A stretch of DNA of 64,000 nucleotides from NCBI GenBank assembly GCA_042572295.1, contig JBHPFA010000002.1:64180-128179 (forward strand), in the 5' to 3' direction. Positions 51,051 through 59,871 of the stretch are shown here, in pieces. This DNA is from Nanobdellota archaeon. Its GTDB lineage: Archaea > Nanobdellota > Nanobdellia > Pacearchaeales > JAHJTO01. The notes under the pieces were generated by a model, which did not search any database, was not told the origin of the DNA, and saw nothing but the letters and a program-made list of their open reading frames with translations. The position numbers were made by a program, and so were the translations under genes. Each line of letters opens with the position of its first letter. The first letter of the stretch is position 1.

Positions 51051-51593
51051 ATGCGTTGTTTTATCTCAATTGACTTGCCAAAAGAGTTACAATTAGAGTT
51101 AGCGAGAGTTCAAAAAGAAATTGAAGATATTGATGTTAAGATGAATTTGGTTGATACAGATAAGATTCATCTTACAATGAAATTTCTTGGAGAATTAAAT
51201 GATTTGCAGGTTGAAAATGTTGTCAAGGTTCTAAAAGAATTGAGATTTAATAAGTTCAAGGCTAAATTAGAGAGGATTGGTGTGTTTCCTAATGCAAGTT
51301 TCATAAGAGTTGTTTGGTTGGGTGTTAAGCCAAGGGAAGAATTCGTTAAGATTCATGATAAGATTGATCATGAACTGCATCAAATTAGATTTAAGAAAGA
51401 TCAAATCTTTGAAAATCATGCGACTTTATCAAGAGTTAAGTGGCTGAAAGATAAAACAAAATATTTTGAGAAACTTCATAAAATAGAGGTTAAGCCTTTG
51501 GAATTTACCGTCGACAAAATTCATTTAAAGAAGTCCACTTTAACTGAGAGTGGACCTATCTATGAGGATTTGTTTGTTTTAGAATTGGATTGA
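51051..51593 (+). CDS. thpR: RNA 2',3'-cyclic phosphodiesterase (2H family, ThpR/LigT-like)
   Basis: Two H-x-T/S-x motifs: HLTMKF and HATLSR. Confidence 0.88.
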   Translation: MRCFISIDLPKELQLELARVQKEIEDIDVKMNLVDTDKIHLTMKFLGELNDLQVENVVKVLKELRFNKFKAKLERIGVFPNASFIRVVWLGVKPREEFVKIHDKIDHELHQIRFKKDQIFENHATLSRVKWLKDKTKYFEKLHKIEVKPLEFTVDKIHLKKSTLTESGPIYEDLFVLELD

Positions 51594-52496
51594 TTTTTGG
51601 AATTTCTCTTTTCCAAGTTCTTTTAAGTATTTTATTCTTTTTAAGTGGGCTATGTAATACCACCTAAGAGGTTCATCTAGTCCCCAAACAAAATATCTTA
51701 ACATTCCAGACATTATTGCTTCATATAAATGGGACTTTTCCCATTCTGTGAGTTTTCTTTGACTTTCATAGCCTTTTAATATTGATTTTAATAATTTTTT
51801 ATTTCTTATGCCAATAGTTAAAGTCATTCCCAAGTCAAATAACATAAATCCTCTATTAATTTCATCCCAGTCGATTACTTTGTAGACTTTATTTCCTTTA
51901 AACTTTACATGTTCAGTAGTGAATTCTTCGTGACATAGTGCTTTTGGTTGGTTTTTTGGAATTTTAAAATCTTTAAGAAATTTTTCTGCGTATATCTTTA
52001 ATTCCTTTAAAAGTTTTGGAGGATTTTTATGATGGTTTTTGCTTTTATTGAATAATCTTAAATAAAATTCTGGTCCTTTGGTGGAGCGAAATCTTGAACT
52101 TTTAGTTAATTTGTGCAGTCTTCCAAGTGTTTTTCCAAATTCATAGGCTTGTATGGTGGGCCTTTTTGTATGTTTAATACTTATGAATTCAAAAATTGCC
52201 ATAGGCTTTTTCTTGTATAATAGGTAATTATTTTTCTTTTTAGTTTGAATAATCTTTATAGAGGGGTAATTCTTTTTTTCTAAGAAATGTAACAGCTCCA
52301 ATCCCCTTTTTATACATTTAAAGTCTTTCCAATATGTTTTTAGAAAATATTTTCCTTTAGAAGTTGTTATTATGAAACAATCTTGTGCACCAGTGTCTTC
52401 CCTAGTTATCTGTTTTGTTTTCTTGAACTTTCCAAGATTGTAATTTTCAAGTATCTTATCAAAGTCTTGTTTTTTCATTTTACTTTTTTTGTCCAA
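51579..52496 (-). CDS. Aminoglycoside/choline-kinase-like phosphotransferase (APH fold)
   Basis: N-lobe pattern (FIITTSKGKYFLKTY) and a catalytic-loop-like CHEEFTTEHV...VIDWDE. The loop deviates from the canonical HxDxxxxN. Confidence 0.55.
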   Translation of the reverse strand: MDKKSKMKKQDFDKILENYNLGKFKKTKQITREDTGAQDCFIITTSKGKYFLKTYWKDFKCIKRGLELLHFLEKKNYPSIKIIQTKKKNNYLLYKKKPMAIFEFISIKHTKRPTIQAYEFGKTLGRLHKLTKSSRFRSTKGPEFYLRLFNKSKNHHKNPPKLLKELKIYAEKFLKDFKIPKNQPKALCHEEFTTEHVKFKGNKVYKVIDWDEINRGFMLFDLGMTLTIGIRNKKLLKSILKGYESQRKLTEWEKSHLYEAIMSGMLRYFVWGLDEPLRWYYIAHLKRIKYLKELGKEKFQKSIQF

Positions 52497-53259
52497 TATA
52501 GTAGTCAGTGTAATATTTCTTTTCCTTATTTAGAACATAGATTCCAGATTCAAGAGTTTTGAAATGTTTTTTGAATAAATCTTCTCCGAAATGTCCGAGG
52601 ATGGCGATGACTCCACCATTTTTTAGGTATTTTTTTATTTTCCCCAAGCTTTTATCTAATTCAGATCTTTTGAAGTAAGAAGAACTTCCAAAAGAAAAGA
52701 AACTTGTTATCAAATCGTATTTTTTATTTAATTTTAAGTTTCTTACATCTTGTTTTGAGAAGGAACATTTTTTCAGCCCTTTCTTTTTCTTAGCATAGTT
52801 TAACATTCCTTGAGAAAAATCAATTAAAGTTGTTGGATGAAATCCTTTTTTAACAAACATTTCAGTTATAATCCCAGTTCCTGCGCCCAGATCTAATAAG
52901 TTTCCTTTATTTTTGTATTTACTTACCTTACTTAGCAAGAATTTTCCAGCATTTAGATTATGTTTTCCTTTTATTATACTTTTATCATAATCGGAAGCCC
53001 ATTTATCATAGAACTTTTCCATTTCTTTCTCAGTGTAATTAACTGGAAGAAATAATCCTTGGGGCAAGTATACTTGATAACGTTGAATTCTCTGTCCTTC
53101 TTGGCCTTTCTTGCCTAAATGGACCATTATAAAAAAAGTATCTTTTGGAACACCTTTTATTTTGATCCAGGCTGGACGTCCTTTAGACTTTTTATCATAT
53201 TCTACTCTAAGAGGATATTTTTTTGGATCTACTCCTTTGTATAGTTTTCTTAATTTCAT
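52480..53259 (-). CDS. Class I SAM-dependent methyltransferase with N-terminal extension
   Basis: Motif I LLDLGAGTGIIT and post-I LIDFS. Confidence 0.75.
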   Translation of the reverse strand: MKLRKLYKGVDPKKYPLRVEYDKKSKGRPAWIKIKGVPKDTFFIMVHLGKKGQEGQRIQRYQVYLPQGLFLPVNYTEKEMEKFYDKWASDYDKSIIKGKHNLNAGKFLLSKVSKYKNKGNLLDLGAGTGIITEMFVKKGFHPTTLIDFSQGMLNYAKKKKGLKKCSFSKQDVRNLKLNKKYDLITSFFSFGSSSYFKRSELDKSLGKIKKYLKNGGVIAILGHFGEDLFKKHFKTLESGIYVLNKEKKYYTDYYIGQKK

Positions 53260-53261
53260 TT

Positions 53262-53912
53262 TTAATGATATTTAGTGTCAATTATTCTTTTTATTATTTC
53301 TGCTTTCTTCTTTCCGACCTTTGGAACTTTAGTTAATTCCCTTATATCTGCGTTCATTATTGCGTTTATTGATTTGAAATGTTTTAGAAGATTCTTTGCT
53401 AAGTTTGGACCGACGCTGGGAAAACCTTCAATTATTATTTGTTGCCTTTCTTTTAAGCTATGGGCTTTTCTAGTTATTGTTAAACTAAATTCTTTTTGAG
53501 GTTTATTCATCCTTCTGAGTAATAGATGTAGGTATTTTGCAGTATCTTGAGAATCATCTGTAAATATCATTGGTACTTCCAAATCCAATGCAACACTTGT
53601 TAACATTCCTCTAACAGCGTTTTCATTTATTTTTGGATGAGAAGATGGTTTATAGATGTCTTCTTCAGCAATACCTTCAACCAAAAGTAAAGGTTTTTTG
53701 AAGTTTTTTTTCAAGTCTTTAAGTTGATGTACTAAACGTTTGTTGATCATACTTCCAACGAAGTCTCCAATTGTTTTTCTTTCAATTCCAATGTCTTTTC
53801 CGATGATATAATCTGCAAGTTTAAGATGTTTTATTTCATAAGGTGTTTCAAGTTCTGCTAATTCTGCAATAACTAAAGAATTCTTTTCACGATAATCTAT
53901 TAAGATTTTCAT
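53262..53912 (-). CDS. ERCC4/XPF-type nuclease with C-terminal (HhH)2 (Hef nuclease module as a separate gene)
   Basis: ILIDYREKNS, the GIERKTIGDFVGS (ERK motif), LLLVEG, and the HhH-like GPNLAKNLLKHF / VGKKKAEII. Confidence 0.85.
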   Translation of the reverse strand: MKILIDYREKNSLVIAELAELETPYEIKHLKLADYIIGKDIGIERKTIGDFVGSMINKRLVHQLKDLKKNFKKPLLLVEGIAEEDIYKPSSHPKINENAVRGMLTSVALDLEVPMIFTDDSQDTAKYLHLLLRRMNKPQKEFSLTITRKAHSLKERQQIIIEGFPSVGPNLAKNLLKHFKSINAIMNADIRELTKVPKVGKKKAEIIKRIIDTKYH

Positions 53913-53951
53913 TGAATAGTCAATTGATTAAGGCTTTTTATGGTTTCTGTT

Positions 53952-55484
53952 TTAGAACAAAGTGTTTTGCCTTGTCTTTTCAGGGTTATCGAGTTTTTGT
54001 TTTATCTCTCCAAGAATTTTGTACATCTTTTTCTCTTTTCTTGCAGAAACAAAGTAATTTATTTCATCTTTTGTTTTCTTTGTCAATAGGACAATGAGTT
54101 TTCCAGGTTTAAGTCTAGCAGTACGTCCCCGGCGCTGAATAGACCTAATAGCACTAGGAATTGGTTCATAAAAAATAACTGCACTAACTTCTGGAAGGTC
54201 AAGTCCCTCTTCACCAATGCTTGTTGCAGTAAGTGCATTAACTTCTCTGAACCTAAACTCATTCAATACATGTTGTTGTTCTTTTTGACTTAATCCAGTG
54301 TCATCTTTTTTCATCTGGCCTACAAAAACACGAGATTTGATTCCAGGAATTTCATTTATGAGCTTATTTATGGCCACAACAGTATCTCTGTATTGTGCAA
54401 AGATAATGAAACGTGCCTTAGGATTAGCTTTTATCTCATTTTCAACAACTTCTTTTAACTTTTCCATTTTTGGATGAGATATTCCTCCTAATTGTTGAGT
54501 CATTTTAGTGAATGCAGTCATGAAGTCTGGGTTATTTGCTATTTGTTTTGCCGCCTTGCTTTTTCCTTTGTTTGAATCATCGATTATTTTTTGGAAATAT
54601 TTGTGGGTTTGAGAAATTCCTTGAGTTTCAATTAATTCTAGTGCATGTCCCACTTTTATCGCTTGAGCACATACAGACATTCCTCTTAAAACATTGAAAT
54701 GCTTGTCACCTCCTTTAAGTCTTCCAGCAAGTCTCATTTGTAGATCTAATAATGTTTTTTTGTTTCCTGGGCCGAATAGAAGTTTTCTGTTTTTTAATTC
54801 CATAATTTTACTAGCATAAATGTGTTTGATTAGATCACTTATTTCAATTATTTCTTTTGTTAAATCTACTTTTAATGTTTCATGACTTAATTTTTCTACA
54901 TAAGCCTTGACATCTTCACTTTCCCTATGTCTTGCTTCTATTTTTTGGATGTTTAGATTTTCACAAATGTTCCTTATTGTTTCATTATCACTTCCTGGAG
55001 AAGCAGTCATTCCAATTATTCTTGGAGAACTAACTGTGTGAGGGGTTTCAAGGAACTTTTTAGCAACATAAGTGTAATCATAATTTTTCAAACATCTATG
55101 TGCTTCATCTTCTACTAATAATGAGACTTCTGAAAGGTCTATTTTTCTTTTCTTTAAGTCATTTGCAATACATTGGGGTGTTGAGAATATGACATTTGCC
55201 ATTTGCCATAACTTTTCTCTTTCTTTTGCATCAACCTTTCCAGTAAACATTTGCAATTCAGCATAGAGCTCTGGAAGGTTTTCTTCAAAATATTTGAAGT
55301 GTTGTTCGACCAATGGTCTTGTAGGGGCAAGAATCAATATTTTTCCTTTTGGAAACTTCTCTAAATAATGTTTCATTAAGAGAAAGGCAATGAGGGTCTT
55401 TCCCAGGCCTGTAGGAATTACAATTAGAGTGTTATGGTCCTTTGCTGTTTCTAGTATAACTTTTTGATATTCTCGAGGTTCCAT
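53952..55484 (-). CDS. hef: Hef/FANCM-type SF2 helicase module
   Basis: PREYQ, motif I PTGLGKT, motif II VEDEAHR, TASPG and motif VI QRRGRTAR, with an inserted helical domain between the RecA lobes. Confidence 0.88.
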   Translation of the reverse strand: MEPREYQKVILETAKDHNTLIVIPTGLGKTLIAFLLMKHYLEKFPKGKILILAPTRPLVEQHFKYFEENLPELYAELQMFTGKVDAKEREKLWQMANVIFSTPQCIANDLKKRKIDLSEVSLLVEDEAHRCLKNYDYTYVAKKFLETPHTVSSPRIIGMTASPGSDNETIRNICENLNIQKIEARHRESEDVKAYVEKLSHETLKVDLTKEIIEISDLIKHIYASKIMELKNRKLLFGPGNKKTLLDLQMRLAGRLKGGDKHFNVLRGMSVCAQAIKVGHALELIETQGISQTHKYFQKIIDDSNKGKSKAAKQIANNPDFMTAFTKMTQQLGGISHPKMEKLKEVVENEIKANPKARFIIFAQYRDTVVAINKLINEIPGIKSRVFVGQMKKDDTGLSQKEQQHVLNEFRFREVNALTATSIGEEGLDLPEVSAVIFYEPIPSAIRSIQRRGRTARLKPGKLIVLLTKKTKDEINYFVSARKEKKMYKILGEIKQKLDNPEKTRQNTLF

Positions 55485-55527
55485 GGTTAAGATAAGACTT
55501 TTAAATGGACTGGTGCTTTAAAGATTT

Positions 55528-55800
55528 ATGATACTCAAGATAATGGGTTTATTTGACCTATTTGTTGCATTTAATCTAATAGCAAGAGCTTGGGGGTGGG
55601 AATTCCAGAACCTTATCTTCATCGCATTTGGTTATCTATTAATTAAAGGTCTGTTGTTTTTTAAGGATCCAATGAGTATCTTAGAATTACTTATAGGAAT
55701 TATATTGATTTCCAGTCTAATATTTACCTGGCCCAAAATTGTCTTACTTATAGCAGCTTTAATAGTTCTACAGAAAGGGGCTTTTAGCCTTCTTAGTTAA
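55528..55800 (+). CDS. Small membrane protein (90 aa)
   Basis: Three hydrophobic helices. No family recognised. Confidence 0.4.
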   Translation: MILKIMGLFDLFVAFNLIARAWGWEFQNLIFIAFGYLLIKGLLFFKDPMSILELLIGIILISSLIFTWPKIVLLIAALIVLQKGAFSLLS

Positions 55801-56492
55801 AGTTTTAAGTAGTAATACAAGAATACTGCTACGATTCCTATTATTATAGCAAGGAGTAATGCAGGTACTGCTCCTGTCAAGTCTAAAAGAATCAGCATTG
55901 CTAAAGCAAAGATAACTGCAAATACCCCTAAGAATCTTGAACCGAATAAAACCTTTGCACCATCTAGATTACTTATTGGGATTAAGTTGAATAATATGAA
56001 CATAAGGTTTATTTTTGCGAAATCTCCAAATCCAAGTAAATAACTTACAAATGCAAGAACAGCGTTGAGTAATAGGCCTCCAATAGCTATCAATGCAAGA
56101 TCCCATTCAGTTACTTCTGAGAATTTTCTCCTAGCTCTTGATTTTAATGGAGAGGCTTCAAAAGTAATTATTGCTAGCCAGCTGATAAATCCATCAGTAA
56201 TCCAAATTAAGAAGACTGGTAGAATAAACCATATAGGGAATAATTTTTTGAAGTACATCCATTTCCAAAATCCATAACGTTTTATGTGCCAATGACTAAT
56301 TTTCGCATCTGCATCATAGAATAATGCAGTTAGTTTTCTCCCCACAGTGTTTACTGTTAGTATTAATAATCCTAGTAAAAACCAAATAAACCAACTTTTT
56401 AGATTAAATTCTGTGAAGGTGGTGAATGCAATTATATAACCTAAAACCAGAGCTGATGAAGCTAAAGTTAACATCTCTTTCCAATCTATCAT
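55797..56492 (-). CDS. Site-2-protease (M50)-like membrane protein lacking the HExxH zinc site
   Basis: It retains FNLIPISNLDGAKV (55959-55991, the M50 NxxPxxxLDG motif). At the HExxH position it reads NTVGR (56338-56352). Confidence 0.6.
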   Translation of the reverse strand: MIDWKEMLTLASSALVLGYIIAFTTFTEFNLKSWFIWFLLGLLILTVNTVGRKLTALFYDADAKISHWHIKRYGFWKWMYFKKLFPIWFILPVFLIWITDGFISWLAIITFEASPLKSRARRKFSEVTEWDLALIAIGGLLLNAVLAFVSYLLGFGDFAKINLMFILFNLIPISNLDGAKVLFGSRFLGVFAVIFALAMLILLDLTGAVPALLLAIIIGIVAVFLYYYLKL

Positions 56493-56596
56493 CTAATCTA
56501 GAATTAAGCATGTTTTAAAAATTTATAGTTATTGGTCCCCTATGAGAAAAGTATATAAAGGAAAAATGGCGAAGTATACTATAAACAGGAGATATA

Positions 56597-56869
56597 ATGA
56601 AACTACGAAAATTGAGAGGAATGATTGGAGCCAAAGTGTTTACAGATGCTGGCGATTATTTTGGAGAAATTGAGGAAGCAAACTTGATGGATAACAAAGT
56701 AGATGGCTGGAAAATTAAGGTTGCTAGAGATTCAAGTTTAGTAGGATTCTTAGGGGGAGCTAAAGGGCTTATAATACCTCACCAGTTCGTAAGAGCTATG
56801 GGTGATATTGTTATCGTAAGCAAATCTACAGTTCCTGCTGGAGAAGACGACGAAATTTTAGCTGCGTAA
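56597..56869 (+). CDS. PRC-barrel domain protein (90 aa)
   Basis: GAKVFTDAGDYFGEIEEANLMDNKVDGWKIKV...IIPHQFVRAMGDIVIV. SD caggag lies upstream. Confidence 0.75.
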   Translation: MKLRKLRGMIGAKVFTDAGDYFGEIEEANLMDNKVDGWKIKVARDSSLVGFLGGAKGLIIPHQFVRAMGDIVIVSKSTVPAGEDDEILAA

Positions 56870-56879
56870 ATAAAAAAAG

Positions 56880-57401
56880 ATGGCTTTAGAACAATTTAGC
56901 TTATTAGGAAGTCCGTTTCTGACAAACATAGTTCTACCTTTTGTGCTTGTTTTTACTATATTATTCGCTATTCTTGAAAAGACAGAGCTTCTTGGAAAGA
57001 AAAGAGATGTTAATGCAATAGTATCTTTAGTGATGGGATTATTGGCTGTAGGAGTTCCAGCAGCTATTGGAGTTATCCAAGATCTTATTCCAGTAATTGC
57101 AGTTTTAATGATTATATTATTTGCATGGTTTTTAATATTTGGATTCGTAGGATCTAGATTCTGGAAAGATAGTAAAGATGATTTTTGGTCACCTGGATTG
57201 CAAAAGACTTTCTTGATATTATTGGGAGTTGTTATATTGGGTGTAATTACTTGGGCTACAGGATTATTTGATTATGTGATACTTGATGAAGCATTAACTG
57301 CAAAAGTAATTCAAATTACTTTACTGGTTGGAGCGATAGTGGCAGTTATTGCAGTTGTTATTGGAGCCGATCCAAAAGGGAAGAAGGAGAGTGACGAATA
57401 A
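56880..57401 (+). CDS. Uncharacterised multi-pass membrane protein, tandem paralog 1
   Basis: Shares the N-terminal block VLPFVLVFTILFAILEKTELLGKKRDVNAIVSLV with the next two genes. Confidence 0.6.
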   Translation: MALEQFSLLGSPFLTNIVLPFVLVFTILFAILEKTELLGKKRDVNAIVSLVMGLLAVGVPAAIGVIQDLIPVIAVLMIILFAWFLIFGFVGSRFWKDSKDDFWSPGLQKTFLILLGVVILGVITWATGLFDYVILDEALTAKVIQITLLVGAIVAVIAVVIGADPKGKKESDE

Positions 57402-57403
57402 AA

Positions 57404-58000
57404 ATGGCATATCCTTATGCATATGGTGCTTTTGACTTTAATTCAGTTATGCAACAATGGTATGGAATTGGATTATTCGATGTAATATTACCTATAATTC
57501 TTATTTTTACTTTAGTCTTTGCAATCTTGCAAAGGACTAGAATTCTTGGACAAAACAAGAGCATTGATGCTGTTGTTTCTTTAGTTATTTCATTTTTTGC
57601 AATAAGTAATCCTGAAGTGTCTGCATTTATGATGAGATTGTTTAGTGATGCAGCTTTAGGGATATCTATACTTTTGGTATTCTTACTAATTGTAGGGTTT
57701 GTTAATGCAAGAATTGACCCTAAAGCTTGGAGAAATGTTACACTCTTTGGAGGATTGGGAGTGTTTTTCTGGACAATGTCTAGAGCAGCAGACTTTTTTG
57801 GAGGGAATTTAATTTTCTCAGGCCAATGGTGGTTGAATAATTCTTGGTGGATAGTTCCATTAATCATGTTTGGTTTCTTTATGTTTATAGTAGTGGGCTC
57901 TGGAGATAATGAGAAGCCGGGGCAGAAGATTGCAAAGGCTAGGAAACAGCTTGCAGAAGATATGGGAGTACCTCTACAAGACTTTTATATGGGGACCTAG
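57404..58000 (+). CDS. Uncharacterised multi-pass membrane protein, tandem paralog 2
   Basis: ILPIILIFTLVFAILQRTRILGQNKSIDAVVSLV. There is a 2-nt gap to the previous gene. Confidence 0.6.
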   Translation: MAYPYAYGAFDFNSVMQQWYGIGLFDVILPIILIFTLVFAILQRTRILGQNKSIDAVVSLVISFFAISNPEVSAFMMRLFSDAALGISILLVFLLIVGFVNARIDPKAWRNVTLFGGLGVFFWTMSRAADFFGGNLIFSGQWWLNNSWWIVPLIMFGFFMFIVVGSGDNEKPGQKIAKARKQLAEDMGVPLQDFYMGT

Positions 58001-58003
58001 TAA

Positions 58004-58501
58004 ATGGCAACTTCTTTAATTTTTGTAATGCCTATGTTGGCTTTTTTATTTGTTTTCATAGTTAGTTTTGCATTGTTATCTAAAACAAAGTTTCTTGGAG
58101 ATAATCAAACAACCAATATTTTGGTCAGTTTTTTGATTGCTGTGATGTTTGTTATTAATCCCCCTGCAACTAAAGTCACTTTAACTACAGTGCCTTGGTT
58201 AGCTGTGTTGATGGTTGTTTTATTATTTATAATGATGATTTTGGTTTTTGTAAGGGGAAGTTTAGATGATCTTGTTAAGAGCAAGGTAGTGGCTGCAATA
58301 CTTGTTGCAGCGATTCTTCTTGTATTCTTGGGGGCATCAGTTAATGTTTTTGGTCCTTTGATTAATATGATTTCAGAAGGAAGTCTTGAACCTGCACAAG
58401 GGACAGCATTAGAATTATTCTTAAGTCCAGCAGTTATTGGGGGAGTAGTTTTGTTAGTAATTGCAGGAATAAGTTATTGGCTTTTAACTATGAGAGAATA
58501 G
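58004..58501 (+). CDS. Uncharacterised multi-pass membrane protein, tandem paralog 3
   Basis: MLAFLFVFIVSFALLSKTKFLGDNQTTNILVSFL. There is a 3-nt gap to the previous gene. Confidence 0.55.
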   Translation: MATSLIFVMPMLAFLFVFIVSFALLSKTKFLGDNQTTNILVSFLIAVMFVINPPATKVTLTTVPWLAVLMVVLLFIMMILVFVRGSLDDLVKSKVVAAILVAAILLVFLGASVNVFGPLINMISEGSLEPAQGTALELFLSPAVIGGVVLLVIAGISYWLLTMRE

Positions 58502-58503
58502 AA

Positions 58504-59292
58504 TTATTTTTGCTTTTTCTTAGATTTTGCTTTAAGTTCGTCTGTTATCTTCCCTAATTCTTTTACATTTCCAACTAAAGAAGGGAGTATCTTTCCAAGA
58601 GTATTTTCTAGAGAAGTCATTTCAGCACCAAGGCCTTTTACTCCGTGTCCATATTCATTCATCTTTGCTAGGAGGGCTGCTTGTAATTTGTCTAAGGAAG
58701 ATTCTAGTCTTTTTATTCTGTCATCAACACTAGTTATTCTTTTTTCTGCATAAGTTTTCCATTCAATGACATCTGCAATCTTTGATTTGACTTCTTGCCA
58801 TTTTTCATTAACTATTTCTTCAGCAATCTCTTCAATAGCTTCTGTGTTTATCTTTGGAGCAATTGCTTCTTCGTCATATGATGGATAAGTATAGGGGTAA
58901 GCTCCTTCTGGGGCTTGCATTTGTGGTTGTTGAGGTATTGGTTGTGGCTGAGGCTGGGGAGGCATAGGAGGTATTACAGAAGGTTTTGGAACCGGAGTCT
59001 CTACTTGTCCTGGAAGTGGTGGAAGAGGAGGTAATGCATTTTTTGGAGGCAATTGTGGTGGTAACTGGGGCATGGGTTGTTGAGGTATTGCTGATGGTTG
59101 AAATCCTAGTTGGGAAGGTAGAGGTTTTGTTTCTGACATCTCTATTTCTTGCTTTATTCTTGCTTGGTTTAAAGAATCATGTATCTGAACTGGATTGAAT
59201 CCTTGTTCAGTAAGTTTACCGATTATTTGTGGATCACTCATGCCTTGTTTAGACATGTTGATGACTTCTTCTATTGGTGTTTTTTTTGCCAT
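58504..59292 (-). CDS. Three-part protein: small helical N-domain, Pro/Gln-rich linker, C-terminal coiled coil
   Basis: MSKQGMSDPQIIGKLTEQGFNPVQIHDSL; about 80 aa of PQ-rich sequence (PQQPMPQLPPQLPP...); C-terminal heptads (RIKRLESSLDKLQAALLAKM). Confidence 0.55.
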   Translation of the reverse strand: MAKKTPIEEVINMSKQGMSDPQIIGKLTEQGFNPVQIHDSLNQARIKQEIEMSETKPLPSQLGFQPSAIPQQPMPQLPPQLPPKNALPPLPPLPGQVETPVPKPSVIPPMPPQPQPQPIPQQPQMQAPEGAYPYTYPSYDEEAIAPKINTEAIEEIAEEIVNEKWQEVKSKIADVIEWKTYAEKRITSVDDRIKRLESSLDKLQAALLAKMNEYGHGVKGLGAEMTSLENTLGKILPSLVGNVKELGKITDELKAKSKKKQK

Positions 59293-59345
59293 TTTACCTC
59301 TCTTTATGAAATTAACTATTTTTGGATATTTTTATAGTTTTAGTT

Positions 59346-59744
59346 TTAATTGATATAACTTTTTCCATGTTTTTTGGGAGGATTTTGAGCCTTTTCTAAA
59401 GCCTCATCAATCATCTTCTTTACTTCATCCTCTCTTACAAACTTAAGAGGGTCCCAAATTTTCATAGACTTTTCAATCACTTTTAGTTCTTCTCTTCTTG
59501 AGAAGTTTTCTGTTTCTTGGATTATGTTTTCGACATTATCTTTTATCCTTTCGATATCTAAACTCATTTCTTTTATTTCATCTTTTAATGAAGCAACATC
59601 TTCTCTTAGAGTTTCTTCTTGTTTTAAGAATGATTGGCCCAATAGCAGAGATTTTTCTTTTAGCATATTCTGCTTTTCTTCAATATTTTTGACTTTTGTG
59701 GCTAATCCTGTCAAAAATGCAGTGGGATCTAATTGTTCAACCAT
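59346..59744 (-). CDS. Coiled-coil protein (132 aa)
   Basis: Continuous heptad-like sequence (LREDVASLKDEIKEMSLDIERIKDNVENII). It runs divergently from the ATPase gene. Confidence 0.5.
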   Translation of the reverse strand: MVEQLDPTAFLTGLATKVKNIEEKQNMLKEKSLLLGQSFLKQEETLREDVASLKDEIKEMSLDIERIKDNVENIIQETENFSRREELKVIEKSMKIWDPLKFVREDEVKKMIDEALEKAQNPPKKHGKSYIN

Positions 59745-59764
59745 CTTTTATCTCTTTTTTTAAT

Positions 59765-59786
59765 CGAAAGCTATATTAAGCTTTCG
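59765..59786. promoter_or_regulatory. Inverted repeat CGAAAGC-tatattaa-GCTTTCG in the divergent promoter region
   Basis: Read directly. It is followed by CTTATC-gagt-GATAAG and TATCG-A-CGATA palindromes (59790-59816). Confidence 0.45.
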
Positions 59787-59871
59787 TTGCTTATCGAGTG
59801 ATAAGTATCGACGATATATAAACTTAATCTTCTTTAGTGAGGGGATAAGTTATTTGTTAAAAGAGGATAAA

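Noticed and set aside
51579-52496. Possible inactive kinase: the APH-like catalytic loop reads HEEFTTEH instead of HxDxxxxN.
   Set aside because: My alignment of this loop is by eye only, and family variants exist. That is not enough evidence to call it a pseudokinase.
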